From contig JAUZTB010000069.1 of assembly GCA_034780895.1 (NCBI GenBank), forward strand, positions 10,178,619 through 10,242,618: a stretch of 64,000 nucleotides of DNA, read 5' to 3'. This document shows, one piece after another, positions 56,801 through 64,000 of the stretch (its first letter is position 1; every line of letters starts with the position of its first letter). Both the position numbers and the translations under genes were made by a program. The notes beneath the pieces are model-generated. The model saw only the letters and a program-made list of their open reading frames with translations, made no database searches and was not told the origin of the DNA. The DNA is from Rhynchobatus australiae (taxonomy: Eukaryota).

Positions 56801-59295
56801 TATGAGTACTTAAATGTTCATATGGTGAGTAATGTGTACACTTGTATTCAGCTCCTGAGGTGACTACCATATTAGTGAAAGTTCCAGCATTGGCTTCAGG
56901 GTTCACACTTAAAACATGTAAGGATCTATTGCTGTTTTTAACCATTTCATTGGCCTTGCCAGCATATTTAAAGAATGGTTGCTACTACTGCCAACTCAGA
57001 AGATGGAAGATGTTAAGGACAGTTATCCAGACGACTTTAACTGCCTACCTGTTTTCTGCTGAGTGTGTAGCTTTAAAATTGGCCTAAAAACAAATGCTTA
57101 CAATTTGTTAATATAAAATGATCTTGTGTTTGGTTGGTCCCTGTTGAATAGCTTTCTACTTGCAACTGCTAGTCCTAGGAAGTTTCAGATTGATTAGGGA
57201 CCAGCTCACTTTGAAGCTTGTGTGTTTGCTGTACTTTAAAGTGAGTTCAGTATAGGTTCTGCTCAATTAATGACCTTACATAAATTAATTGCATTAATGA
57301 CCTTGTATAAATTAATTGCATCTCTTCCATCTATAGTCATACTTGATGCCCCTGATACTGTGCTAATTGAGAGAAATCTGGGGAAAAGGATTGATCCAGT
57401 CACCAAAGGTAAGATATACTTCATTGTAAACTCTTTCACAACTCTTGAACCGGAGCAAATTTTTCACTGTTTCTTCTCTTACCTTCTGTGTCTCATTTAA
57501 ATTGCCTTATTTTAACCTTAGAACTTGCAATTTTCAATGAGGAAACATTAGTTGCTCTATTGAGCTTCAGATGCATTGTAGTTAATAGTATGTCCAGAGG
57601 CATCTTTGCAAAAATATTACAAGGAATCTTAAAAGTGCTTTCGTGTTATAGAAAGAAAATTTATAATGATGTTGTAACCCTAATTTGATGGAGGTGTCTT
57701 GTTCATTATGCCCTGGAGAAGAGGAGACTTCTGACTCAGTACTTAGCCATTTAATAAAGAAAGCAATTTGATAATTGAAAGGAAGCCTTAAATTCATCTC
57801 AAATTTTAATTAAATTAGTTTCTTGTACTCAATTTCCTTGCATAAAACAGGTGTTGCCACCAGTTAGTTTGCTGTCTATATTAAACACTGCTTTAAACTG
57901 TTATCGTTATGGGAATCACAAATGGACATTATTTAATAATATGGAGCTTAGTTTCAGTTTTTGAGATGGTGTAAATATCATTATCAAAAGCCCACATTCC
58001 TTTTGTCCTGCCTAGCAATTGTTCAACAATTAAGTTCCACCCACAGGTACTTTTCTCTCCATGGTCTGCACAGCTTCACACCAACCTTTCTGTTTGAACC
58101 CTTCAGTCCAATTTCTGTTCTGCTCAAAGTTCTCATCAAGTAATTATATGTTTTATGACCAATGGCTGTGGTACTTTATTCATCCATTTCTCCTGTGAAT
58201 TCAGTGCAGATGACCTNNNNNNNNNNNNNNNNNNNNNNNNNNNNNNNNNNNNNNNNNNNNNNNNNNNNNNNNNNNNNNNNNNNNNNNNNNNNNNNNNNNN
58301 NNNNNNNNNNNNNNNNTATCATCTTGCCTTGCTGTTTGTCCTGCATGGCCTAGTGGTGAAACACCAATGCTCTTGCAATCTTGTCTGATCTATCATAGCC
58401 ATGGGTTCACACTGGCGATAACTCAAGTTTCCATTCCTTTCTACTTGGCATCCCAGTATTGGTGATAGTCATAGTCTTATTATCCATACATTTTATAAAT
58501 GAGCACATTCTTCATTGTCTACCAATTTATTTTGTTAGAAGTAATTTTGATTTATTATGACCCACCATTTCCCTAACCTTTAACTGTTCTTTTTATTGTT
58601 TTTATGCAATTCTCTCTTTAACAGATTTTCAATATTGCCACAATGTGATATGATATTTGTGACATAACATGTTAATGTATATTTGTCACCATTGTCATCA
58701 AAATTAAATTGAAATATTTTCCAAACTTGCACTGTAATTGGGATATGTAATTTTTTAATCACTGTCATTCCAAGGTGGCAGAATAAAATATTCTGCTGTG
58801 ATCTTTTAAGTAGTTTAATAGTACTTTTTCTATTGTTCATTCATTTCAAATACTGTTTGTTTGCACTCCCTCCATTACTAGCTGACTCAAGTTTAGGTTC
58901 TCTATCACCAGTTCAGTTGTTCAGGGGAAATTACTGATGTTTGAAGAATAAGAAAAACTACTAAAGTATCTTGACAAGTCCATTAGCATTTATAACTAAA
59001 GGAGAGGGTTTTATATTCTTTTGTATATTTGTTGATACTTGATTTTCAAATCTCATGCAAGCTTTGGATTTTCATCTTTGTTTCTATACTTTAGAAATAT
59101 ATCATACAATTTTTAACTGGCCAACATCAACCAAGATACAGAATCGGCTAGAGAAACCTCCTGGGATAACTGAGGAAGAGACCGTAAAAAGATTATTAGA
59201 ATACCGTCGAGTCAGTCATGGGGTACTGAACAGCTACAGTAAAAAATACCATATCATTAATGCTGATCAGCCTAGTGTTGATGTCCTTTCGCAAG
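9401..59295 (+). CDS. AK8: Adenylate kinase 8, 5' part of gene (coding exons 1-8: 9401-9484, 12585-12669, 15705-15754, 18736->18819, 23834-23902, 50901-50982, 57337-57408, 59095-59295); continues beyond window
   Basis: Spliced translation [92 protein letters not shown]...[84 protein letters not shown]...[11 protein letters not shown] is colinear with recalled human AK8 (MDATIAPHRIPPE...GPPASGKTT...[25 protein letters not shown]). All visible junctions are GT-AG with compatible phases. Confidence 0.96.
9950..11310 (+). mobile_element. Degenerate Penelope-like element (RT C-terminus, GIY-YIG remnant, terminal repeat)
   Basis: [33 protein letters not shown] resembles the PLE RT thumb motif (YxKPTDxxxYLxxxSxHPxxxKxxIP). 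RRCNT and IGETK (about 10817-10831) match GIY-YIG endonuclease motifs. A terminal repeat lies at about 11195-11310. Confidence 0.75.
11720..12200 (-). mobile_element. tRNA-type SINE with a nested Rex1-like 3' end (about 11873-12110)
   Basis: Flanks are similar to 63495-63840 and to the reverse complement of 35290-35570; the insert begins with the tail GGTATTGGTTTATTATTGTTACTTGTAC...CAGTGAAAA. Confidence 0.6.
12585..12669 (+). CDS. AK8: AK8 exon 2 (85 nt, [28 protein letters not shown])
   Basis: Polypyrimidine tract plus TTCAG acceptor; donor AAG|GTTAGG; phase 0-1; RPxDPIxY motif typical of Dpy-30/RIIa-type docking domains. Confidence 0.95.
12940..13420 (+). mobile_element. Possible solo retroviral LTR
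   Basis: Ordered CCAAT box (13311), ATAAAAG TATA-like box (about 13339) and R-like inverted repeat GAGCA...TGCTC followed by AATATA; ends are not defined. Confidence 0.35.
13440..13539 (+). mobile_element. End of a pogo/Tigger-like (Tc1/mariner) DNA transposon, truncated by a gap
   Basis: TA followed by CAGGTAGTCCTCGGTTTAC, with internal ACAGC sub-repeats; sits in a TA-rich tract and retains CpGs. Confidence 0.55.
13640..13900 (+). mobile_element. L2-like RT fragment
   Basis: [10 protein letters not shown] (GVPQGS motif) and TDDIQL (YADD motif) remnants. Confidence 0.6.
15705..15754 (+). CDS. AK8: AK8 exon 3 (50 nt, [17 protein letters not shown]; P-loop of first AK domain)
   Basis: T-rich tract plus CTAG acceptor; donor ATT|GTAAGT; phase 1-0. 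Confidence 0.95.
17830..17887. repeat. (TA)n microsatellite running into a gap
   Basis: Seen directly. Confidence 0.95.
18736..18819 (+). CDS. AK8: AK8 exon 4, visible part ([28 protein letters not shown]); 3' end lost in N-gap
   Basis: TTTTACTAG acceptor, phase 0; resembles recalled human AMWLCKHLNSSLLTLENL; runs into gap 18820-18919. Confidence 0.9.
19805..20620 (-). mobile_element. 3' part of a second, older CR1-group LINE family
   Basis: Reverse complement is similar to 52625-53050; carries the shared tail GGGCAATTAGGG...AATAA. Confidence 0.7.
21350..21528 (-). mobile_element. V-domain SINE fragment with (ATCTT)n tail
   Basis: Minus strand has GTGCCCTGGTTCCCCCAACATTCCAAAGACGTACAGGTTAGG (V-SINE core); closely similar copy at 62345-62517. 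Confidence 0.7.
21530..21715 (+). mobile_element. Penelope-type terminal repeat with an inverted partial copy
   Basis: AAAACAAACTGCTGGAGGAGCTCAGCAGG is an imperfect inverted repeat of CCTGCTAAGTTCCTTCAGCAGTTTGTTTT; the centre reads GGGTCTTGACCTGAAACGTCAAC. Confidence 0.65.
21980..22350 (+). mobile_element. L2-like LINE 3' end
   Basis: Similar to 34370-34730 and 39900-40280 (CTCCATRGC...CCCTATC...TTCAGCTGC...CCTTAAGA...CCTTAAA). Confidence 0.6.
23834..23902 (+). CDS. AK8: AK8 exon 5 (69 nt, [23 protein letters not shown])
   Basis: TTTGCAG acceptor; donor CGG|GTAGGA; phase 0-0. Confidence 0.95.
24650..25350 (+). mobile_element. CR1 LINE 3' fragment
   Basis: [34 protein letters not shown]...[10 protein letters not shown], the CR1 ORF2 C-terminus. 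Confidence 0.9.
25355..26400 (-). mobile_element. Older CR1 LINE RT fragment, tail-to-tail with the preceding copy
   Basis: Reverse complement of 26225-26290 gives [20 protein letters not shown], a CR1 RT motif. Confidence 0.85.
27560..30300 (+). mobile_element. Long degenerate ORF2 of the older CR1-group family, with a nested Penelope terminus (about 28060-28230, -) and a nested CR1 3' fragment (about 28900-29285, +)
   Basis: Endonuclease remnants [19 protein letters not shown] and [11 protein letters not shown]; linker KWCWMMKQL...[12 protein letters not shown]; C-terminal [11 protein letters not shown]. Confidence 0.75.
31100..31610 (+). mobile_element. Rex1/Babar-like LINE 3' end
   Basis: Remnant [27 protein letters not shown]...[12 protein letters not shown], then [24 protein letters not shown] and an AT-rich tail. 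Confidence 0.75.
34370..34730 (+). mobile_element. L2-like LINE 3' end
   Basis: Ends with GGTGCTATATAAATACAACTTGTTATTGT; similar to 21980-22350. Confidence 0.65.
35290..35570 (+). mobile_element. tRNA-type SINE (same family as 63495-63840)
   Basis: Degenerate B-box GTTTGAACCC; core GGAAATCTGCCATCCTTAC...GGTTGACTCTTAA shared with other copies. Confidence 0.65.
36790..37995 (+). mobile_element. Deu-domain SINE (SacSINE1/AmnSINE1-like), split by a CR1 insertion
   Basis: GGAGGTGCTGATTTTCAGATGAGACATTAAACTGAGGCCCCATCTGC...TTTCCTACATTACAATGGTGATTACA, resuming at about 37908 with TTCAGAAAGTCCTTCATTGTCTGTAATGCACTTTAGG...TCCTGAGGTCATGAAAG; fits the recalled Deu-SINE consensus. Confidence 0.75.
37044..37900 (-). 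mobile_element. CR1 LINE 3' fragment inserted in the Deu-SINE
   Basis: Minus-strand tail CCTGTTTCCATGCTGCGTAACTCAATGATTCTATGAC; [12 protein letters not shown] motif. Confidence 0.9.
42635..43826 (+). mobile_element. 5'-truncated CR1 LINE (RT domain to 3' tail), frameshifted
   Basis: [48 protein letters not shown]; [12 protein letters not shown]; [29 protein letters not shown]; tail ACTCCATGACTCT. Confidence 0.93.
45270..48742 (+). mobile_element. Near-full-length degenerate CR1 LINE (end of ORF1, ORF2 endonuclease, RT, 3' UTR) with two nested inserts (about 46082-46345 and 46490-46615)
   Basis: ORF1 end GTNILAGRF; endonuclease [11 protein letters not shown]...ITETWL...[21 protein letters not shown] and FGNSDHNS; [25 protein letters not shown] and [15 protein letters not shown]; tail CTGTTCTGCTCTATGTT. 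Confidence 0.93.
50901..50982 (+). CDS. AK8: AK8 exon 6 (82 nt, [27 protein letters not shown]); absent from the ORF track
   Basis: TCTCAG acceptor; donor TTG|GTAAGT; phase 0-1; aligns to recalled human [27 protein letters not shown]. Confidence 0.94.
51740..52000 (-). mobile_element. CR1 3' end (different subfamily)
   Basis: Minus strand reads ATTGAATGGCAGGGTAGGCTCAAGAGACCATGTGGCCAACTGCTGCTCCTATTTACTTGTGCTCTTGTGTTCTT; same tail type as 46540-46615 and 8740-8795. Confidence 0.75.
52625..53052 (+). mobile_element. 3' end of the older CR1-group LINE family
   Basis: [18 protein letters not shown]...[22 protein letters not shown]...PRLLQQHL; tail GCAATTAGGGATGAGCAATAAATGCTGGCCTTGCC. Confidence 0.8.
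55545..56065 (+). mobile_element. CR1 3' fragment whose 3' UTR is interrupted by a locally copied insert
   Basis: LEYCVHF...[19 protein letters not shown]...[11 protein letters not shown]; the tail resumes at about 56019 (TGGACGAGTTGAGCTAAGGGGCCTGTTTCTG). Confidence 0.88.
56546..56619. repeat. Perfect inverted repeat, 30-bp arms, 14-nt loop
   Basis: AGATGAGTACATTGAGATCTGTTGGCAGAG (56546-56575) and its exact reverse complement (56590-56619). Confidence 0.95.
57337..57408 (+). CDS. AK8: AK8 exon 7 (72 nt, [24 protein letters not shown])
   Basis: CTATAG acceptor; donor AAG|GTAAGA; phase 1-1; near-identical to recalled human LID-region sequence. Confidence 0.96.
59095..59295 (+). CDS. AK8: AK8 exon 8 (201 nt, [19 protein letters not shown]...[13 protein letters not shown])
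   Basis: CTTTAG acceptor; donor AAG|GTAAGT; phase 1-1; open frame throughout. Confidence 0.96.
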
Positions 59296-59619
59296 GTAAG
59301 TAATATTACATCAATTACCTATTTGTAAGAAAAATTGCTAAGGTATCATGATAGCTGCCATTGTGGTCGCAAGAGATATCATGGGTGGATCTATTAGTTA
59401 CAGATTGCTTTATTTCTTGGAATTGATTTGTAATCCAATCCAGGCCAGGAAATAATTCCTTGAGGTATCAATGTAATACAGTTAGCTACACTGACTTCCA
59501 GTACCACTGATGACCATAAAAGTACAAAGATGGCTTGATTTTGAATAAAACACAGAAAATACATGATTTCCCATAAATATACAGCATACCATTTCAAGAG
59601 TATTACCTATTAAGATGCA

Positions 59620-59770
59620 TCTTAGCCTGAAGACCCACACTCAACGTTCTAGGAACAGCTTTGTCCCCTCTGCCATCAGTTTTTTGAATGGTCCGTGAAC
59701 ACTACCTCATTATTCCTCTTTTGCACTATTTATTTATTTCTGTAACTTATAGCAATGTTTATGCAAACTG
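59620..59770 (+). mobile_element. Rex1-like 3' fragment
   Basis: SLKTHTQRSRNSFVPSAISFLN, homologous to 31285-31340. Confidence 0.65.
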
Positions 59771-62199
59771 ACATTTTGGTTCAGATGGATCCTTCTGGTT
59801 AGGACTACAGTGCTGTGATGCTGGACATTCCCATCTATCACTCCTTTATTTATTTAGTTCAGACAGGAATGTTTTAATGATTAGCAGCCAACTATCACTT
59901 CTTCCCTCTCTGTTGTTAGTAAAACCAATTAATAATTGAGGGTCAAGAATTAATCTATTAAAATAACACAGCTAAAAGTGCTAAGAACATAATTATGAGG
60001 TGAATGATTCTGTCTGATTGTCACCAGTGGGCACGTTATAACAAATTGACATTTTCCTAAAATAGATGAAATTATAATTTAACTATGATGAGTTCTTGTG
60101 CAAACTGAGCATACTAATTATGAAACAGAGGTAATTAAATTTAGGGTTGTACTTTATTCTTGTGTGGTGCCTATGTCATATATCGCAGCTCAGGGTTGCA
60201 TGCATGATCACGGATCAGATCTCAAACTTTCTAGTACTTTGTTTTATATGCCCAAAACTGCTTAATTATGGTTTATTTCAGTTTCTGTACAGTACATAAA
60301 TCAGGAAAACATTACATTTGTTGTTAAACATACATTTCTACCATTGGATAGGGAATTATAGCATGTTTAAGGAATGGATATAATTCATTCTATCATAAGA
60401 TTACTTTGAATTATGTGGATTCTATCATATTGTCAGTCTAGCATAACTGTAACAAGCTGGTTTCTGTTTCACAAGGATACAAAACTTTGTATTTAATAAC
60501 TCAAAATCTCACAAACTATGCAACTCCAATAATCATAAGCATGGTCAGATAAATTATCTCTAGTCATGTATTGGACAATAGTGCACAAGATCCACCAACA
60601 TTGACCATGTTCTCCCAACCTAGAAATAAATAATCGTAAATTGTAAAACTTTACAGAAAAATGGGGATATGTTGTCCATCCTCTCACCTTCTTATCCTCA
60701 AGCTCAAGATTCAAGAATTGGAGCTATACTGGACGACTTGGTGTGATGGGGAACAGTGGAAGTCAAGAGAAGAATCAGGCCACTCTAGGGCCACTGTCTT
60801 TTGCTTCCATGTGCTGTAATTTCATTCAATAACATAATCAGTTAGACATTGGATATAAGTAATAATAGGAAATGTAGTCTGAAAATAAAAACTAAATATA
60901 TAATTTTTTCATTATGATGACTATACTAATACTATTCAGAAAACAAAAAAAAAGAGTTAGCAGCACCACATAACATCTTCTGATCATGATCCTTGTTTTT
61001 TTTGGGGGGAAATTAGTATCCATTATGTATCTTAATGTTTGCAACCATTTTAAGGTTCTGAACTTTATATTCCCATTCACCAATGGAAAAATTCCGACAA
61101 ACAATAACATGAAAATCTGATGTTATTTCATAGACTTTAGTTCTGCTTTTCAGGGTAAATTGTTATTGTAGTAGTGAAGTGATAGGAGCATATGTTAATT
61201 CAATGTCCATGCAGGGTAATTTTATATGTATTGCAAAGTCAAACCAGTCAGAATCTGCATGAATTTTCCCTTTTGCTGTGATTAGTTTAATGGACAGTAG
61301 CCTTCAAAGCACTGTGCTTCCGGATAGTCAGGACAGAATACATAACCGGAAAACAATAGGACTTTTCAGTTTTAAGTATGATTTTAAACAAAATTCTTGT
61401 TTATATTAATGNNNNNNNNNNNNNNNNNNNNNNNNNNNNNNNNNNNNNNNNNNNNNNNNNNNNNNNNNNNNNNNNNNNNNNNNNNNNNNNNNNNNNNNNN
61501 NNNNNNNNNNNNNNNNNNNNNNNNNNNNNNNNNNNNNNNNNNNNNNNNNNNNNNNNNNNNNNNNNNNNNNNNNNNNNNNNNNNNNNNNNNNNNNNNNNNN
61601 NNNNNNNNNNNNNNNNNNNNNNNNNNNNNNNNNNNNNNNNNNNNNNNNNNNNNNNNNNNNNNNNNNNNNNNNNNNNNNNNNNNNNNNNNNNNNNNNNNNN
61701 NNNNNNNNNNNNNNNNNNNNNNNNNNNNNNNNNNNNNNNNNNNNNNNNNNNNNNNNNNNNNNNNNNNNNNNNNNNNNNNNNNNNNNNNNNNNNNNNNNNN
61801 NNNNNNNNNNNNNNNNNNNNNNNNNNNNNNNNNNNNNNNNNNNNNNNNNNNNNNNNNNNNNNNNNNNNNNNNNNNNNNNNNNNNNNNNNNNNNNNNNNNN
61901 NNNNNNNNNNNNNNNNNNNNNNNNNNNNNNNNNNNNNNNNNNNNNNNNNNNNNNNNNNNNNNNNNNNNNNNNNNNNNNNNNNNNNNNNNNNNNNNNNNNN
62001 NNNNNNNNNNNNNNNNNNNNNNNGTCTTGTATAATAGGTGTGCATTTAAAACTTTGCAATTTGGTCATAAGTACATAATAAGGTCATGGCCCACAAAAAC
62101 CTGTTTATATTACAATAATGCCTCCTGAGGCATTAAAACGGAACACTAAAGTATAGCTCAGTGTTTCCATATTTCATTTTCAATGGCATGTTTTATATA

Positions 62200-63132
62200 C
62201 AAGTGGTGACACAGAGAGATAGGGTAGTGAAGAAGGCATTTGGTATGCTGGCCTTCATAGGCCAAGTCATTGAGTACAAGAATTGGGGCATCATTTTGCA
62301 GCCGTATAAGACATTGGTTAGACCACACTTGGAGTACTGTCTTAAAGATAAGATACTAGTCACGTGTACATTGAAACACACAGTGAAATGCATCCTTTGC
62401 ATAGAGTGTTCTGGGGGCAGCCCGCAAGTGTCGCCACGCTTCCGGCACCAACATAGCATACCCACAACTTCCTAACCCGTATGTCTTTGGAAAGTGGGAG
62501 GAAACCGGAGCACCTGGTCTGGTCGCCACACTATACAAAGGATGTAGCAGCAAAAGAGAGAATCACCAGGATATTGCCTGGAATGGAGAGCAGTAATTAA
62601 AAGGAGAGATTGAATAAGCTGGGTTTATGAAGGAGGTTGAGAGGTGATTTTATAGAGGTTTATAAAATGATGAGGGGCATCAATTAGATAGTTAGTGAGA
62701 GTCTTTTTCCCAGGACAGGGGAGTCTAGAACTTAAGGCATAGGTTTAAGGTGTAAGGGGAGAAATTTAAAGGAGGTCTGAGNNNNNNNNNNNNNNNNNNN
62801 NNNNNNNNNNNNNNNNNNNNNNNNNNNNNNNNNNNNNNNNNNNNNNNNNNNNNNNNNNNNNNNNNNNNNNNNNNNNNNNNNGTAAGGGGAGAAATTTAAA
62901 GGAGGTCTGAGGGGTAAGTTTCTCACAGAACGTGGTGGTTACCTGGAATAAGCTGCTTGAGGAGGTGGTAGAAGCGGAGACAATTACAATGTTTAAAAGG
63001 CATTTGGACAGGTGCTACGATAAGAAGGATAGAGCCCTAATGCAGACAAGTGTGATTAGAGTAGAAAGGCACCACAGTTGCACGGTTGTGGTGGGCTGAA
63101 GGGCCCATTTCCCTGCTGTTCGATTCTTTGAT
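62200..63132 (+). mobile_element. CR1 3' fragment with a nested V-domain SINE (62345-62517, -)
   Basis: [41 protein letters not shown] is broken by the SINE and resumes at TCTGGTCGCCACAC; CR1 tail at about 63095-63132. Confidence 0.9.
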
Positions 63133-63494
63133 TGAAGCTGTTCAGGCAGAATCACCATCCATCCTCTTCTCAGAATAAGAACGAAAGGCAATTAGAACAG
63201 CAACCATCCCACAATTTAATTAAAGTAAGCACAGCTTCTCAGTTGGTATCTATAAAGGTAGATTATAATGTTTCAGCTATGTTCATCAGATCAATTCATC
63301 AGAGGGCACACACACAGTACAAGCTTTTCATTTTACTGTTACTATCTGATTTCTTTTGTATTTTCAGATTCCTTTGTGAAAAACCTCAAACTCTTGAACT
63401 TATTTTGATTATTAATATTTCTATTTTCCAAGGGTAATTGTCTTCCTCAGCCAGGAGAACAAATAACTGATTCCTCAGATTTTTCTTTTCCCAG

Positions 63495-63840
63495 CACTTT
63501 TTCATTGGGACATGAGAAGACTGGCATTTACTCTGCAGCTCTAATTGTCACCTAAACAGAGAAGGGGGTTAAGAATCAATCACATTGGTGAGTTTGGAGT
63601 CACATATGGGCCAGTCTGGGTAAGGACAGCAGATTTCCTTCCCTAAAGGATATTAATGAGCCAGATGGGTTTTAATGACAATTCAATAGTTTCACTGTTA
63701 CCATTACTGGTACTAGCTTTTAATTCCATATTTATCCAGTTAGTTGAACTTAAATCCCCCAGCTAACATGATGGGATTTGAACTCATGTTTTCCAAACAA
63801 TGGTCTTTGGATACCAGTCCAGTAATTTCATTACATGATT
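63495..63840 (-). mobile_element. tRNA-type SINE, near complete
   Basis: Minus-strand B-box-like GAGTTCAAATCCC; body shared with 35290-35570 and 11720-12200. Confidence 0.7.
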
Positions 63841-64000
63841 TAATGCAACTGTATTTTGTACACTATGCTATGATACTTCCAAATGCTGTCAAGTTTGCTT
63901 ATTCTATGTATTGTCATGTGGTGAACATATGGGAAGTACTCTTCATATGTCTTTGCACGTTTTGGTTTTTCTTTTCTTGTGAAAATTGTATGGACCATTT

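Noticed and set aside
1-64000. tRNA, rRNA, snoRNA genes, CRISPR arrays or prokaryotic-type operons
   Set aside because: None seen. B-box-like motifs belong to SINEs, scattered TGATGA motifs lack matching D boxes with terminal stems, and the DNA is clearly intron-rich vertebrate sequence.

Overview
Vertebrate genomic DNA from a gapped draft assembly. The repeat content (CR1/HER1-type LINEs, Deu-domain and V-domain SINEs, Penelope relics) points to a cartilaginous fish; this is an inference. The only firmly supported protein-coding gene is adenylate kinase 8 (AK8) on the + strand. Coding exons 1-8 (9401-59295) can be read with canonical GT-AG junctions and matching phases. The end of exon 4 falls in an N-gap, and the gene continues beyond the window. 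AK8 starts in a CpG island with two RFX X-boxes. A second CpG-retaining, X-box-bearing segment at about 3.4-4.3 kb may be the promoter of a divergent gene (SPACA9 by recalled human synteny; no coding exon was seen). Introns are filled with degenerate, often nested retroelements. The most notable observations are altered catalytic motifs in the first AK8 kinase domain, degenerate Penelope hammerhead-like termini, several local inverted or direct templated duplications, a perfect 30-bp hairpin and a frame-compatible cryptic exon. I found no convincing novel multi-gene system. Almost all other entries in the ORF track are spurious or retroelement-derived. Repeat boundaries are approximate, and comparisons with human AK8 and repeat consensuses are from memory, not from a search.
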